Assembly (NCBI RefSeq): GCF_001194135.2
Contig: NC_069000.1
Coordinates: 18,548,655-18,612,654 of the forward strand
DNA from: Octopus bimaculoides
Taxonomy: Eukaryota
DNA: 64,000 nucleotides
Direction of reading: 5' to 3'
The notes under the pieces are model-generated. The model was not told the origin of the DNA, did no database searches, and saw nothing but the letters and a program-made list of their open reading frames with translations. Below, one piece after another: positions 1 through 13,990 of the stretch. The stretch's first letter is position 1. The number at the start of each line of letters is the position of its first letter. The translations under genes and the position numbers were made by a program.

Positions 1-2686
1 GGTCCTTAAACGAACCTTTTGTGGCTATTCTGATCACCTACTCCTAATTTCTGTCATCAGTACAACAAATCCAATACAGCTCGGGTAGTAAATCACAGCT
101 AAGAAGCAAAATAGTTCCAAACCTAAGAGTGCCAAGATTCAAAAGTTGATTGATGATTGAAAAGTCATTCGGTTTTTATAACTCATTCAAAAATGAAGCT
201 TGAGTGCAAAATGTTTTGTCTGAGTATAGATGGGTGGTGATGGTGTTGTGTTTTGCATGTGTATGTGACAGGGGGGTGTCTAATGCATATAATTTCAGTG
301 GGATCTTCTCCTCAAATATTCCCCAAGTTCTGAGATTACATCTTTCTCTGGTAGGAGAGGTGAGCTGTACTTTACATCACACCTTTTCACAATGTTAAAA
401 CAATTCAATTTCTGGTCAGAAATGCTAATCTACTACAGGTTTGGCCCACTCATCTGTATATAGTGCTCCTGCTGCTGACAGTGACATATTGAACCATCAC
501 GATACCTGTCACTTAAGTCAATTAAGCCATTAATTAAAGACACAATGCAGTGTAAGGAGATGAATACTTATTTAGTCAACTATGGATTCTCTTGACATGG
601 GCTGGATGCGGCAACATCCATGCTGGATGCTTCACACCTCCAAATAAGCATAATACTGATATCTGTTTTATTTATTCTATGTTTTATAACTACATTACTG
701 TACACAGAGGCCTAAGTGAATTTTGAGAAACCTTGACCCAGGCACTGACATAACTTAGATACTGAAACAGTACCAAATATTTTTATAAATTCAACCTAAA
801 ACTTTGATTCATAAAATAAATGCAGTATGTTTAAATAAGATAGGAAAAATATAGAAATTGCATGATAAAAGCTTAGAACATCTAAATCTATTGTATTGAA
901 GAAATATTTCCAGCTTTGCTCTATGTATAAGAATAGTTAATGTGGTATAGTTATTATTAAGGATGAATGGTAGTGAAAACCTAAGTGATTTTTGTGGTAA
1001 CTATTTTATTGATATTACATTTGAGTGTAAATCAAAATAGGTTATTTAGGTATTTCTAGCCTTGAAAAGCTGAGACTTAACTAATTCAAAACCATGATTC
1101 TTTGGTAGGTGAATTGGCAAAACCACTTTAAAAGTTATGACACCTAAAATTGTTTCAGAGCAAAGTTAGAGATACGTTTTTATATAAAATTAAATCCTAT
1201 CTTCTATAGTGTGTTATACAACTTGCCACATATATCAATTATTAAATGTTTAGAAGATATATGTTCAAGATATTAACTGATGATATACAATCAGTCTTAC
1301 TGAGAGAGAAAAATAATACTTATTCTTAACATATTTAATGCACTGATCATCAAATATTTAATTAGAAACATGACAAACATTTTAATCATTATGATTAAAC
1401 CAAATCATAAAACAATATTAGTCACTGAGTTAATGTATTTTCTCATCACATACATGTATCAAAATTAGAATTTTCAAATTGATGGTAAATCTCTGAGTAA
1501 TTAACCATAGACATTTATTTTTATTTGAGAGGAAAATGCCTGGTTTTGAACTGAAGCTGATGTAACCCAGATAGATTGAAATCATGATCCTTTCATTATT
1601 AAATAAACATATTCTCTCTAGCAGGTTAGGAACACATTCTCATAGAGAAATAATTAACTCAGATTTTCTATGTTATGTAAATGCTTCACCATATCTACAT
1701 CATAAAATGCTTTAGTCTGTATATGAACTGATTTATAAAAAAATGTCTGACTGAAAAGCACAGCATATAGTTCTAACCACATAAAGCCTTTAGCATTCAG
1801 ATTACTCTATCAAATGTAATGCTTATTTATTCACAATATTTTGATTTAATTCTGGATTATCTTGTAGCTTTAAGATTTCAATGATGTGATTGTTTATTTT
1901 TAACATGTCACTACAGGATAGTGTGAGAGGCCTGATCTGGCCACTTAGAGCATAAAACAGAATATTTGGGCTGAACATAGCTGGTTTAAATGCTAAAACT
2001 ATTGAGACCTGGCTAGGATGAAATCACAACTCCACAGGAGTTGGATACCCCAAATTATTTTAGAGTAGTTTAGAAATACTTCCTTATATAGAAGTGTTTT
2101 AATAATACAGTTGATTATAAACAGAGGCGCATACAAACATGTAATGTGCTATGGCGTATTGTGTTAGGTAGTGTGAAATTCATGTGTTGAAATGTAATGT
2201 AGTGACAAAGGGTACCCTAAACAAGATTCCAATATGGTAAACAGTTTTGGATTGAATAAATGCCTATTTTTAAATAAGTTGTATGAACAAGAGAGTTTTA
2301 TGAGAACATAGAAGAGATTTAGTACACACAACAAAAACACATGTATGATATTATTTAATTTGATTAAGAAGAGATGCATAGCCACTACAACTCTTTGAGA
2401 CTAGGAAGATTAATGTGATTGATGTTTGGTTAGAAAAATTCTGCATGAATCGGGAGAGGGTTCCAAATTATTACGGTAGTGGGAAATAAGGTCTGCGTTG
2501 ACATAGGGCCAGGATAATAAGTAGAGAGCAGTAGAAAAGGAGAGAGAGAGAGAGAATATGTGTCTGTATGTATGGTTGATATCACAGAGTTTGCATTTCA
2601 AAATAATTCAGTCACAAAACCCACACACATATGCTGTCCTCCTTTCATTTTACTTTGTCATCTCAGTGGTAGTGTGTGTGTGTGTG

Positions 2687-2719
<33 letters not shown>

Positions 2720-2965
2720 AAGGCAAACAATGACAATGGATTTATGGCATGGCATCGGTACATTTATTTGTGATGTGTAGTGAGATATGGTATTCTTTGG
2801 TTATTACTTTTAAGTTCATCTTTATAGATTTTCTATAGAATCCAGAGCCAGCACTGCAATTGATATCTATGGTGACTATTACTGTTTAGCTCCAGGTCAG
2901 GCCTGATTGAGCAGAACTATGATCAGAGACATTCCAGTTGTGACCATCCTGTCCTTTTCAATAAT

Positions 2966-3580
2966 AATCCTTTCTACAATAGGGACAAGGCCTAAAATGT
3001 CGACTGGTACTTAATTTATCGACCCTGAAAGGATGAAAGGCAGTGTCGACTTCGGCAGAATTTGAACTCAGAATGTGAAAACGGGTGAAATACCGCTAAG
3101 TATTTTGGCCAGCATGCTAACGCTTCTGCCAGCTCACCACCTGATTTCAAATTTTGGCACAAGGCCAGCAATTTCATGGAGGGGATAAGTCGATTACACT
3201 GACCCCAGTACTCAACTGGTACTTGTTTTATTGACTCCGAAAGAATGAAAGGCAAAGTTGACCTCAGCAGAATTGTGCAGACGAATGACATGCCGCTAAG
3301 CTTTTTGATCAGTGTACTAACGACTCTGCCAGCTCGCCACCTTAACAATAATAATAATAATCCTTTTAATTATAGGCACAAGGCCTGAAATTTTGGGGGA
3401 GGGGACCAGTCGATTACATCGACCCCAGTACTCAACTGGCTCTTATTTTATCGACCCCAAACAGATGAAAGGCAAAAATCAACATTGGTGGAATTTGAAC
3501 TCAGAACATAAAGACGGATAAAATGCCACTGAGCACTTCGTCTGACATGTTAAAGATTCTGCCAGCTTACCACCATAATG

Positions 3581-3630
<50 letters not shown>

Positions 3631-5250
3631 TGTTTCTAATATAGGCATAAAGCTTGAAATTAAAAGGAAGTGGGTTAGTTCATTAAACTGCCCCAAGTAT
3701 TCGACAGGTACTTTACTTTATAGATCCTAGAGGGATGACAGACAAAGTTGCCCATGGTGGGATTTCAACTCAGGACATAAAGAACTAGAAGAAAAGTCAT
3801 TAAACATTTTGTCCAATGAGCTAATAATAATAGTAGCAATCATTTTTAACATAGACACAAGGCAAGAAATTTGGAGGCAAAGAAACACACAATTTTACCA
3901 AGTTTAGTACTTGACTGGTACTTTATTATATAAACCCCAGAAGGATAAAAGGCAAAGTTAAATTTGGTGGGATTTGAACTCAGAATGTAAAGAGCTGGAA
4001 CAAGTACCACAAATCATTGTGTGTAACACTAATGATTCTGCTGCAGATTTCTAGCATTGGTACACGGTTACTAATTACGGAAGAAAATGTAGTCAATGAA
4101 TCAATCTACAGATAGATGGAAAGTAATATAGGCTTTGACAGGATTTGAACACAGAACATAGAGGATACAACTCAATCTCCCAACCCATTTCATTTGCCAG
4201 GCTATCATTTCCACCTCGTAATTATAATAATAATATACTTCACATCACATGATTTGGGGAATGGCTATAGTAGATTCTACTGACTCCAGTAGTTGAATGA
4301 TACTGTATTCTATCAAGACCAAAAAGGATGAAAGAAAAAGTCTATACTCTATGATGGAAAAGGAAGAGGGAAAAAAAGGATTATGAAAAGAGAGAGAGAG
4401 AATAATTAGCTGTCAGCCAGCATGTGAGTCACACAAGCAGACAGTGAAAAACAGGGTGGATAGAAGAAAGACTGAAAGATAAGAAAGGAGAAATGGAAGT
4501 AAGAAGGATAGAGCTCTACAATGTAGAAGGGGAATCAGAGAGGTAACATGATAAAATAAATCAGGTGGAAGGAGTAGGCAGTAGTTGCATTAAGAGCTAT
4601 GGAAAGAGAAAGAAAGTTATATAAAAAGGGGAGGATGAGACAGATAAATAGATGGGTGGGAAAAGTATTGGAAAACAGTAACAAAAATAAAAAGAAGGAA
4701 CAGAGACAGAAGCGTAAGAAAAAAATGGATCAAGGCTTGAAACAAAAATATTAAGAATTACCGAAAAGAGACATAAATAAACTTCATCATTTTTGGTGGG
4801 TACTATACCAGCAATAAGCGTAAAACTATTTTTAAACTGGGAACAATTCAATCAAAAAGATAATGATGAAAGGCAAAATTGACCTTGACAGAATTTAAAC
4901 TCAGAAAACAAAGAAATATCACTAAGCCTTTTGTCTCACATTTTAACAATTCTGCCAGCTGCTACCTGAATAATGATAATAATAATAATAATAATGATAA
5001 TAATAATAATAGTAGTAGTAGTAGTAGTAGTAGTAGTTTCAAATTTTGGTATAAGGCCAGCAAGTTTCAGGGGTAAGAGTAAGCCGATTCCACTGACCCC
5101 AGTACTTAACTGATACTTTATTTTACTTACCCTGAAAAGAGGAACGGCAAAGTTGACCTTTGCGGGATTTGAACTCGGAATATATAGAGCTGGAGCAAAT
5201 ACTGCAAAACATTTTCTCCAATCTTCTAACAATTCTGCTACAGACCATAA
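2966..5250 (-). mobile_element. Stack of ~7 co-oriented tRNA-derived SINE copies (family A)
   Basis: Repeated core gattacatcgaccccagtactcaactggtacttaatttatcgaccccgaaaggatgaaaggcaaagt..gaatttgaactcagaa, with (AAT)n tails, at ~2966-3145, 3145-3345, 3360-3575, 3640-3840, 3850-4050, 4870-4970 and 5035-5250. Confidence 0.8.
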
Positions 5251-6022
5251 CTAATTTCATTGGGCCCTTGCTATTTCACCAACACAGGCAATCATTCATT
5301 TCTTCACAACCTTCATATTTCATGGACACAGATCATCACTAGTTTACTTGGACCCTAGATAATAATTGTTCCACCCTTAAGAAATTTGTTCAACATTTCA
5401 AAAAATTTGGTCCCATTATATTTCTGGATCTGCTCAATATGAAGGTTCCTACTTCAGCTTTTTACCTTATTATTCAAAGTTTCCTTTCTATTTGATTAAA
5501 ACTCAGGTTTTAATCAAATCTTGACTAGGATTTGTTTTTGTTCATTTTGTTTTGCTTTTATTTGGTTATTTTTACATCGGCAACAGTTCAGATTTACAAC
5601 AGACATCGTGTGTTTATTTTTTTGGTGGTGACGGACATGGTGGTGTTTGTACTATTTTACTGGTTTCAGTCACTGGACTGTGGTTATATGTTGGGACACT
5701 TGTTTCAAGGGTTTCAGTCAATCATAAATCAACCCCCATACTTGTCTTAGTCCGGTAATTATCTTATCAATCCCTATTTATTGAATGGTTAAGTTACCAT
5801 TTGGTGTAAAAGAACACAACTTGAAGCAAACTAAACACACAAACATACACACATAATGAACTTCAGCACAGTTTCTGTCAAACCAAATTCCACACACAAA
5901 GCAGTGCTCAACTTGTGACTGCAGTAGCCACTTGCCAAGGTGTCATGCAGTGGAATCAAACACTGAACTACTTGGATAGAAAAGAACTTCCTAAACTACC
6001 TGGCTAGACTTTCATCTACTCA

Positions 6023-6061
<39 letters not shown>

Positions 6062-6945
6062 TTCTATTGTTTTCTTTTTAAAGTATCTTACAATCCATCA
6101 TATGAAATCCCCTGAGAAAATTAAAACAAAGTTTTATCCCTGAAGTCATCAATGCAATTATCAAAAACTGAGACCCTTGGTTTTTTTTTTTTTTTTTTAC
6201 CTTTCTATTTCTCACCTCTCAAAAAAAAAAAAAAATCATGATCTTGGTTTGCATCCAATAATAATTATATTATTATTATAATTATTATTTTTTTCCACTT
6301 TGTAAACTGACAGCATGTTAATGAACAAGCATATTTAACCATTGATAGAAAATCCAATACATAACCAATATGCATTTAGTAAACTCTGTGTGTGTGTGTG
6401 AGTGTGTGTTTGCATGCTCATGTGTGTGTATAAATATATATTTTGAACAAAGTATATTTAAACCAATAATTCATTGGTTGGTTGTTGTATGATGATGAAT
6501 GCAGATTTGACAATTGTTTCTTGTCTCTTAGGTTGAGACTATCCCTACAAATGATTTAATCTTTTGTATTTATTTTTATTGTTCTTCATTCATTTTATTT
6601 TCTTCTTTCTTTTTCAGATTAGTAGCATAATATTTTACCAATGTCTCTTTTTTTTCAGTATCTGAATTCTGATTGATAATATATCAATATGCAATACATA
6701 CATAAACATGTATATATATAAATATATATATATATATGAATATATTTTGTTTTTCTTCTTCAATATTATCTCATAGATTTAATAAACATTAGAAAAATTA
6801 AAAAAAAAAAGCTGATTGCATATTTAACCATATTTTTTCAAGAGAGTTGTTTTGATATCAATACAATAAAGTTGCAGAGTTATCAAACTTTCTTTTGTGA
6901 AATCATTAACTGACGAGAGGAAAAACAGACATGATTGGTTAGTTT

Positions 6946-7266
<321 letters not shown>

Positions 7267-7306
7267 TCAATTATCACACTGATCTAACTAAAAGGTGTAT
7301 AAACCA

Positions 7307-7458
7307 TGGCTGTGTGGTAGGGAGCTTGCTTCCTAACCACATGGTTCCGAGTTCAGTCCCACTGCATGGCACCTTGGACAAGTGTCTTCTACTATAGCCT
7401 CAGGCCAACCAAAGCTTTGTGAATGGATTTGGTAGAAGGAAACTGAAAGAAGCCTGTC

Positions 7459-7496
<38 letters not shown>

Positions 7497-7690
7497 CTCC
7501 CTATCACTGCTTGACAACTGGTGTTAGTGTGTTTACGTCCTGTAACTTAGTGGTTCGGCAAAAGAGACCGATAGAATAAGTACTAGCTTTAAAAAAAGAA
7601 ATAAGTCTAGGGGTTGATTTGTTTGGATGAAAGTCCATGAAGGTGGTGCTCCAGCATGGCTGCAGCCAAATGACTGGAACAGGTGAAAGA
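7307..7690 (+). mobile_element. tRNA-derived SINE family B with internal TA/TG microsatellite
   Basis: Head tggctgtgtggtag..ggttccgagttcagtccc (A/B boxes), core ggcaccttggacaagtgtcttctactatagc, microsatellite, and tail ..gcagccaaatgactggaac. Confidence 0.8.
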
Positions 7691-8331
7691 AGAAAAAAAT
7701 AAAAAATAAAAGGATGTATGCATTTGTGTACTTTGATGTGTGTATATATGCAGGTAACCACACAAAAGGTATCAAGCTAGACCAGGTTGACAAAAATAAC
7801 CCTTTAGCATTTAAACTGGCCATATATGGTCAAAATATTCTACCTGTTTTATGTTCACACTGACCAGATCCAGCCTTTTCAACCTACCCTACAATGTCAT
7901 TCTAAAAATAAACAATCAGATTATTTGAAATCTTGAAGCTATAAGATGATGCATATAAGATGGTACATTTGCAAGTGGTATTACATGTGTTAAAACATTT
8001 TGCTATCAATATACCTTCACTTTCAAATTTCTAAGATTAATTTAATTTTCTGGTCTATTAAATTCCTTTTTAGATGATTGGACATCAACAATATTTCAAC
8101 CCCACAAATAGGTGTGGATGTGGCTGTGCAGGTGAGAAGCTTGCTTCCTGACCATGTGATCTTGGGTTCAGTTCTACTCTCTGGCACTTTGGGTAGCTGT
8201 CTTCTACTTTAGATCCAGGTTGACCAAAGCCTTATGAGTAGATTTGGTAGCCAGAAACTGAAAGAAGCCTATTGTGTGTGCATGTATACATATAAATATG
8301 TATATATGTGTGTGTGTGTGTGTGTGTGAGA

Positions 8332-8653
8332 AACCCCCTTTGGTCATGAATGACCATGGGATTGCATCTAGAAAATTCCCCTTTGAGACACAAGTCCGGG
8401 CAAGATTGTTTGTGGAAGATCAGCAGTCGCCCATGCATACCAGCCACCCTTCTCCATGCCACCGATATTATCCAAGGGAATGGCAAGGGCCAATACAGTT
8501 TGGCACCAGTGACATCGCAACTCATTTCTACAGCTGAGTGAACTGGAGCAATGTGAAATAAAGTGTTTTTCTCAAGAACACAACACACAGCCCGGCCCAG
8601 GAATCGAACTCACTACCTCATGATTGTGAGCCCAATGCTCTAACCACTGAACC
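8332..8653 (-). mobile_element. CORE-like tRNA-derived SINE (family C)
   Basis: On the minus strand a tRNA head (cagtggttagagc..gagttcgattcc) is followed by a MIR-CORE-like segment, cttgag(c/a)aa(g/a)acactttatttcac..ctccagttcactcagctgtagaaatgag. Copies at 17978-18310 and 62156-62490. Confidence 0.8.
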
Positions 8654-8871
8654 ACTTAAGATTCATTACAGCTGTTTCAGACATGTTTTTTGTTAATGAA
8701 TAAATTAATTACATCACCTTTTTCTTTAGGTGAATTAAAATTAAGATAAAATTTAATATTCAGGATTTTTCACACACAGAATATAGAATACATATTTTAC
8801 TCTCTCATCTCTCTGTCTCTGTCTCTCTCTCACACACACACATGTGCATGTGTGTATATGTGTGTTTCTTA

Positions 8872-9102
8872 TTTCTTTACTGCCCACAAGGGGCTACACA
8901 CAGAGGGGACAAACAAGGACAGACAAAGCAGTTAAGTCGATTACATCGACCCCGGTGTGTAACTGATACTTAATTTATTGACCCCGAAAGGATGAAAGGC
9001 AAAGTCAACCTCAGCAGAATTTGAACTCAGAACGTAATGGCAGACGAAATACTGCTAAGCATTTCGCCCGGCGTGCTAACGTTTCTGCCAGCTCGCCGCC
9101 TT
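8872..9102 (-). mobile_element. SINE family A, young copy
   Basis: On the minus strand begins aaggcggcgagctggcagaaacgttagc..gttctgagttcaaattc (A/B-box-like head). Other copies at ~12207-12420, 19290-19505, 20782-20985, 29238-29470 and 57997-58200. Confidence 0.8.
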
Positions 9103-10071
9103 AGAACACACAAATATGTGTGTATATGTGTGTTTCTGTGTACCCTATGTTAACATCATGGGCTGGTTGTAAGCAAGTATCACCGTCATACAACCAATAT
9201 TGTTCATTTCCAATCTTCCATGAAAATATAATGTATAGGGAAATATTACTTTGTTTGGAAAGCAGGTCGACAACAGTAATAAGGATCACTGGTCATAGGA
9301 AATCTGTCTCAACAAATTCCGTCTGATCCATGCAAGCATGGAAAAGCAGATGTTTAACGATGATGAAGATGATGATTTTTATAATCAGGAGTCTTGATCC
9401 TGAACAGATAAAAATAAGTCACCTGATTGTGGGAACTGGTCAAATTGATAACAGTATAATGCAGACACACACACACACACACATGTGAGGTTAATAACCT
9501 TTAAAATTATAAACTTAATGACAATTCATTTAGCATTCTGTAATGCTTAAAATAAATTTTCTTATTAAATTACTCTAGCGAATATTTTACAAATAGTTAG
9601 TTATATACAATAACAATTAGTTATATACAATTAGGTCATTATAAATGTTGTGGAATATTATATTAAAGAAAAACGGATTTTCAGGAGAGTAAATAAGAAA
9701 AATAAATAAACAATTTACATGCTTGAAACAATAATGCTTTTGTTAGCTGCATTCGCATAGTGCAATTTGATAATGAAAATAACATTGTTATTGTTGATAG
9801 TTAAAAATGATACAACAATGACTGCTATAATATCTCTGTGCTTTGTTATTATTTCAATTTTATTTTTGAAATATGTGTTTGTTTCTTATAGAATTAATAT
9901 TCATAGTTAATTTTTCTGAGGCCACTTGCAGTGTGACGTTACAATTGTAAAAAGGATTTGACATGAAGATAGTGAGAAAAACAAAATACTCTATAAAATA
10001 GGATATTATTTGAGCTAGTGATGGACATGTCAAGTGTGTGTATGCCTGCCTGCCTGCATGCATGCATGCAT

Positions 10072-10130
10072 GCATACATACATACATACATACATACATA
10101 CATACATACATACATACATACATACATACA
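10072..10130. repeat. (CATA)n microsatellite
   Basis: Direct reading. Many other (TA)n, (TG)n, (AG)n and (AAT)n tracts occur, e.g. 3585-3625, 6025-6061, 22808-22854, 36944-36989 and 63900-64000. Confidence 0.95.
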
Positions 10131-10247
10131 CTAAAAGAAAAGTTTAAATTCTGGTCATAGAGTTACCAGAATTTAAATTTTTGTGTTAATAATTACTGCT
10201 CTATTCGTTAGATTGTGCTCCTTTCCTGATATAAGTTTTATTGACTA

Positions 10248-11637
10248 CTAGCAGAAATACCCGGCGTTGCCCGGGTTAAAGAGAATAATGAAATCTAAAA
10301 ACGCCGTCTAGACTACGCATCATCTTTATATATAGAGATGTATATACACACACGCACCCAAACACACGTATATATATGTATATCAATATAAATATATGAA
10401 AGTCAATGAAGTTTCGTAAAAGGTGATCATGTACATACTTTCTTGCTGTTGTGATTATAACACCTCATTGTAAACTATGTTCCTTGTTTTCCCTTGTGGA
10501 GCATATACAAATAGGTTTTTTGTTGCTGCCCACTCTTGAGCAGCCAACATACAGTTGTCCATGTGNNNNNNNNNNNNNNNNNNNNNNNNNNNNNNNNNNN
10601 NNNNNNNNNNNNNNNNNNNNNNNNNNNNNNNNNNNNNNNNNNNNNNNNNNNNNNNNNNNNNNNNNNNNNNNNNNNNNNNNNNNNNNNNNNNNNNNNNNNN
10701 NNNNNNNNNNNNNNNNNNNNNNNNNNNNNNNNNNNNNNNNNNNNNNNNNNNNNNNNNNNNNNNNNNNNNNNNNNNNNNNNNNNNNNNNNNNNNNNNNNNN
10801 NNNNNNNNNNNNNNNNNNNNNNNNNNNNNNNNNNNNNNNNNNNNNNNNNNNNNNNNNNNNNNNNNNNNNNNNNNNNNNNNNNNNNNNNNNNNNNNNNNNN
10901 NNNNNNNNNNNNNNNNNNNNNNNNNNNNNNNNNNNNNNNNNNNNNNNNNNNNNNNNNNNNNNNNNNNNNNNNNNNNNNNNNNNNNNNNNNNNNNNNNNNN
11001 NNNNNNNNNNNNNNNNNNNNNNNNNNNNNNNNNNNNNNNNNNNNNNNNNNNNNNNNNNNNNNNNNNNNNNNNNNNNNNNNNNNNNNNNNNNNNNNNNNNN
11101 NNNNNNNNNNNNNNNNNNNNNNNNNNNNNNNNNNNNNNNNNNNNNNNNNNNNNNNNNNNNNNNNNNNNNNNNNNNNNNNNNNNNNNNNNNNNNNNNNNNN
11201 NNNNNNNNNNNNNNNNNNNNNNNNNNNNNNNNNNNNNNNNNNNNNNNNNNNNNNNNNNNNNNNNNNNNNNNNNNNNNNNNNNNNTCTTTCTGTCTCTCTT
11301 TTTCTCTCTTTCTCTCTCTGTGAAAGTATCTGTCACTACAGTATTGAAATGTGATTGTTTCAGTTAGTGGAATAGTTTCATTTTTAAAGTGAAAGTATTT
11401 GACATGAGTGTTTTTGTTTCACTTTTGACACGTAATACTTAAATAGTGGAGGAGATATTATGTTGCCGTGTGCTCGAACTCTGCAAGAAGTTAATAATTT
11501 TTTTTGACTAAAACACAACTGGAACCCTAAGTAAGGCATGTGTAAAATTTGAATGAAATTGGTTGCGTAGTTCTCGAGTTTTAGGGATTCACACAGACAG
11601 ACAGACAGACACACATTCTCATTTTTATATATATAGA
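10248..11637 (-). mobile_element. Non-autonomous Helitron with both termini (spans a gap)
   Basis: On the minus strand the 5' end is A|TCTATATATATAAAAATGAG followed by (GTCT)n. The 3' end has hairpin ACCCGG-gcaacg-CCGGGT (10259-10276) then CTAG|T (10248-10251), an A/T insertion site. 10455-10565 encodes a frameshifted RepHel helicase C-terminus, HGQLYVGCSRVGSNK/NLFVYAPQGKTRNIVYNEVL*. Confidence 0.85.
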
Positions 11638-13037
11638 TATATATTTATATACATATATTCTTTTACTTGACTGCAGCCATGCTGGAGCACTGCCTTAAAG
11701 GATTTTTTCTTAGTTGAAGAAATCGACCCCAGGACTTATTCTTTGTAAGCCTAGTACTTATTCTATTGGTTTCTTTTGTCAACAGACCATGTCTCACTTG
11801 TAAGTTTGTTTGCTTAGTTTCTATGGCTGGATGCATTTCCAAGTACTAGCCACTTTACAGAGTGTAGTGGGACCGTTTTATCATAACCCCAGCAGTAGAT
11901 AGGACTGGGGTGAGAGAGCGATAGATAGCAAAAGGTGGATATATGTGAGTGAATAATGGATGTTGTTACCAAAGGGTCAATGGAGAGTACAGATAGTGTG
12001 TGTGTGTGTGTGTGGTGTACATGCAGGTCTGAGGAGATCCCTTAAGTATATACTTCAATGTGGTGAGAGAGTCAGGGTGAGAAGGAAGAAAGATGGTAGA
12101 GTGGAGTATTATAGAGAAGGTTAGCTAAATCCTACAGCACCCCCAGTTACACTGAAAGTAATGCACAGAGAGTTGAAGAGATCCACAGCTATCCTTTATC
12201 ATATCAGTTTCAAATTTTGGCACAAGGCCAGCAATTTATCAGGAGAGAGTATGTTGATTACATCAATCCCAGTGCTCAGCTGGTACTTATTTTATCGACA
12301 CTAAAAGGACGAAAGGCAAAGTTTACCTCGGTGGATTTTGAACTCAAAACATAACAACAAATGAAATGCCACAAATCATTTTGCTCGGCGTGCTAATGAT
12401 TCTGCCAGCTTGCCATCTTGCTATTCTTTATCATATTGGCAGCATAGTACAGTGAGGATGAGAAGAGAGAATGATTGAAAGATGAGCTATAGGGGTATGA
12501 GTCCCAGAGGCATGATAAAGGCAAGGGTGATAGAGACATGGATGACATTGGTAAGGGTGACAGAGAGGAGAGCCATAGGCATGTTAGAAGGATTAGATGC
12601 TCTTAAGGAGGTTAAAGATAGTTTACACATACATATACATACATGTATAGAGTTTTATGTTTTGGTTGGCAAAATGATGTGTTCAATGCATTCATTAATC
12701 TAGAAGTGTACAGAATTAGGAATACAAATCTATACCCAAAAGCTTCGTAGAAGCAGTCTTGACCGGGTGATGAAAATACTTAAAAACATCATTTTTCAGT
12801 GCAGTAGAGTCACCCATACAAAGCTGGCAGCATGAAACCATCAAATATGTTTCTGCATCATTGGCACCCGCCCCGCCCCGCCACACATGAGGAGTTCAGA
12901 GTTTTTTGTGCCCCTAGAAAGACTCTTTGTTTCAGTATGACTGATAGGGTATTTGTTGAGGATTTAAGTAATTGAAATTAAATATTTTTGTTTAAGGACA
13001 GAACAAGAGCAATATGAGAAGCAAAAAGACACTTTAC

Positions 13038-13121
13038 CTGTGTGAATACGAATGTGAACTTTAAGATGACTGCGTTCTACGGTTGAATAATCACATTGAC
13101 CACATTTGAATGGCTTCACAC
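13038..13121 (-). CDS. BCL11-like zinc-finger gene, 84-nt single-finger exon
   Basis: Acceptor ttttcttttatacag and donor CACACAG|gtaaag; translates (G)VKPFKCGQCDYSTVERSHLKVHIRIHT(G), one complete C2H2 unit, phase 1-1. Confidence 0.92.
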
Positions 13122-13267
13122 CTGTATAAAAGAAAAGGTAGAATCTGTAATACTTAGACTTCTGAGTTCAATCTCAGCAACATCAAATTCAGCTTCCATC
13201 ATGCCAGGTTAATAAAATTAAAGTACAAGTCAAGTGCTGAGGTTAATAGAAATCACATTGTGTGTGT

Positions 13268-13317
<50 letters not shown>

Positions 13318-13686
13318 NNNNNNNNNNNNNNNNNNNNNNNNNNNNNNNNNNNNNNNNNNNNNNNNNNNNNNNNNNNNNNNNNNNNNNNNNNNNNNNNNNN
13401 NNNNNNNNNNNNNNNNNNNNNNNNNNNNNNNNNNNNNNNNNNNNNNNNNNNNNNNNNNNNNNNNNNNNNNNNNNNNNNNNNNNNNNNNNNNNNNNNNNNN
13501 NNNNNNNNNNNNNNNNNNNNNNNNNNNNNNNNNNNNNNNNNNNNNNNNNNNNNNNNNNNNNNNNNNNNNNNNNNNNNNNNNNNNNNNNNNNNNNNNNNNN
13601 NNNNNNNNNNNNNNNNNNNNNNNNNNNNNNNNNNNNNNNNNNNNNNNNNNNNNNNNNNNNNNNNNNNNNNNNNNNNNNNNNNNNNT

Positions 13687-13990
13687 CCTAACACCAACCA
13701 CTCAGAGAGTGTAGTGGGTGCTTTTACGTGTCACCCGCACGAAAACGGCCATCCTCGAAATGGTGTCTTTTATGTGCCACCCGCACAAGCCAGTCCAGGG
13801 GCACTGGCAACGATCTCGCTCGAAAATCCTACGGGAGCCAGTCAGGCGGTACTGGCAACGGCCATGCTCAAAATGGTGCATCTCATGTGCCACCCGCACA
13901 AGAACCAGTCCAGGGGCACTGGCAACGATCTTACTTGGCTTGCCGGGTCTTCTCACGCACAGCACATTTCCAAAGGTCTCGGTCAGTAGT
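13687..13990 (-). repeat. Family E copy with duplicated cacccgcacaag..ccagtccaggggcactggcaacgatct unit
   Basis: Near-identical reverse complement of 24827-25072. Confidence 0.85.

Noticed and set aside
1-200. Possible tail of a coding exon at the window start
   Set aside because: All frames contain stops within ~50 codons and no motif is recognisable.
13760-13931. Repeated ~45-nt units with intervening sequence, superficially CRISPR-like (also 16725-16955 and 24827-24995)
   Set aside because: Eukaryotic context, only 2-4 degenerate units, intervening sequences shared between copies, no cas genes; these are internal subrepeats of a dispersed repeat.
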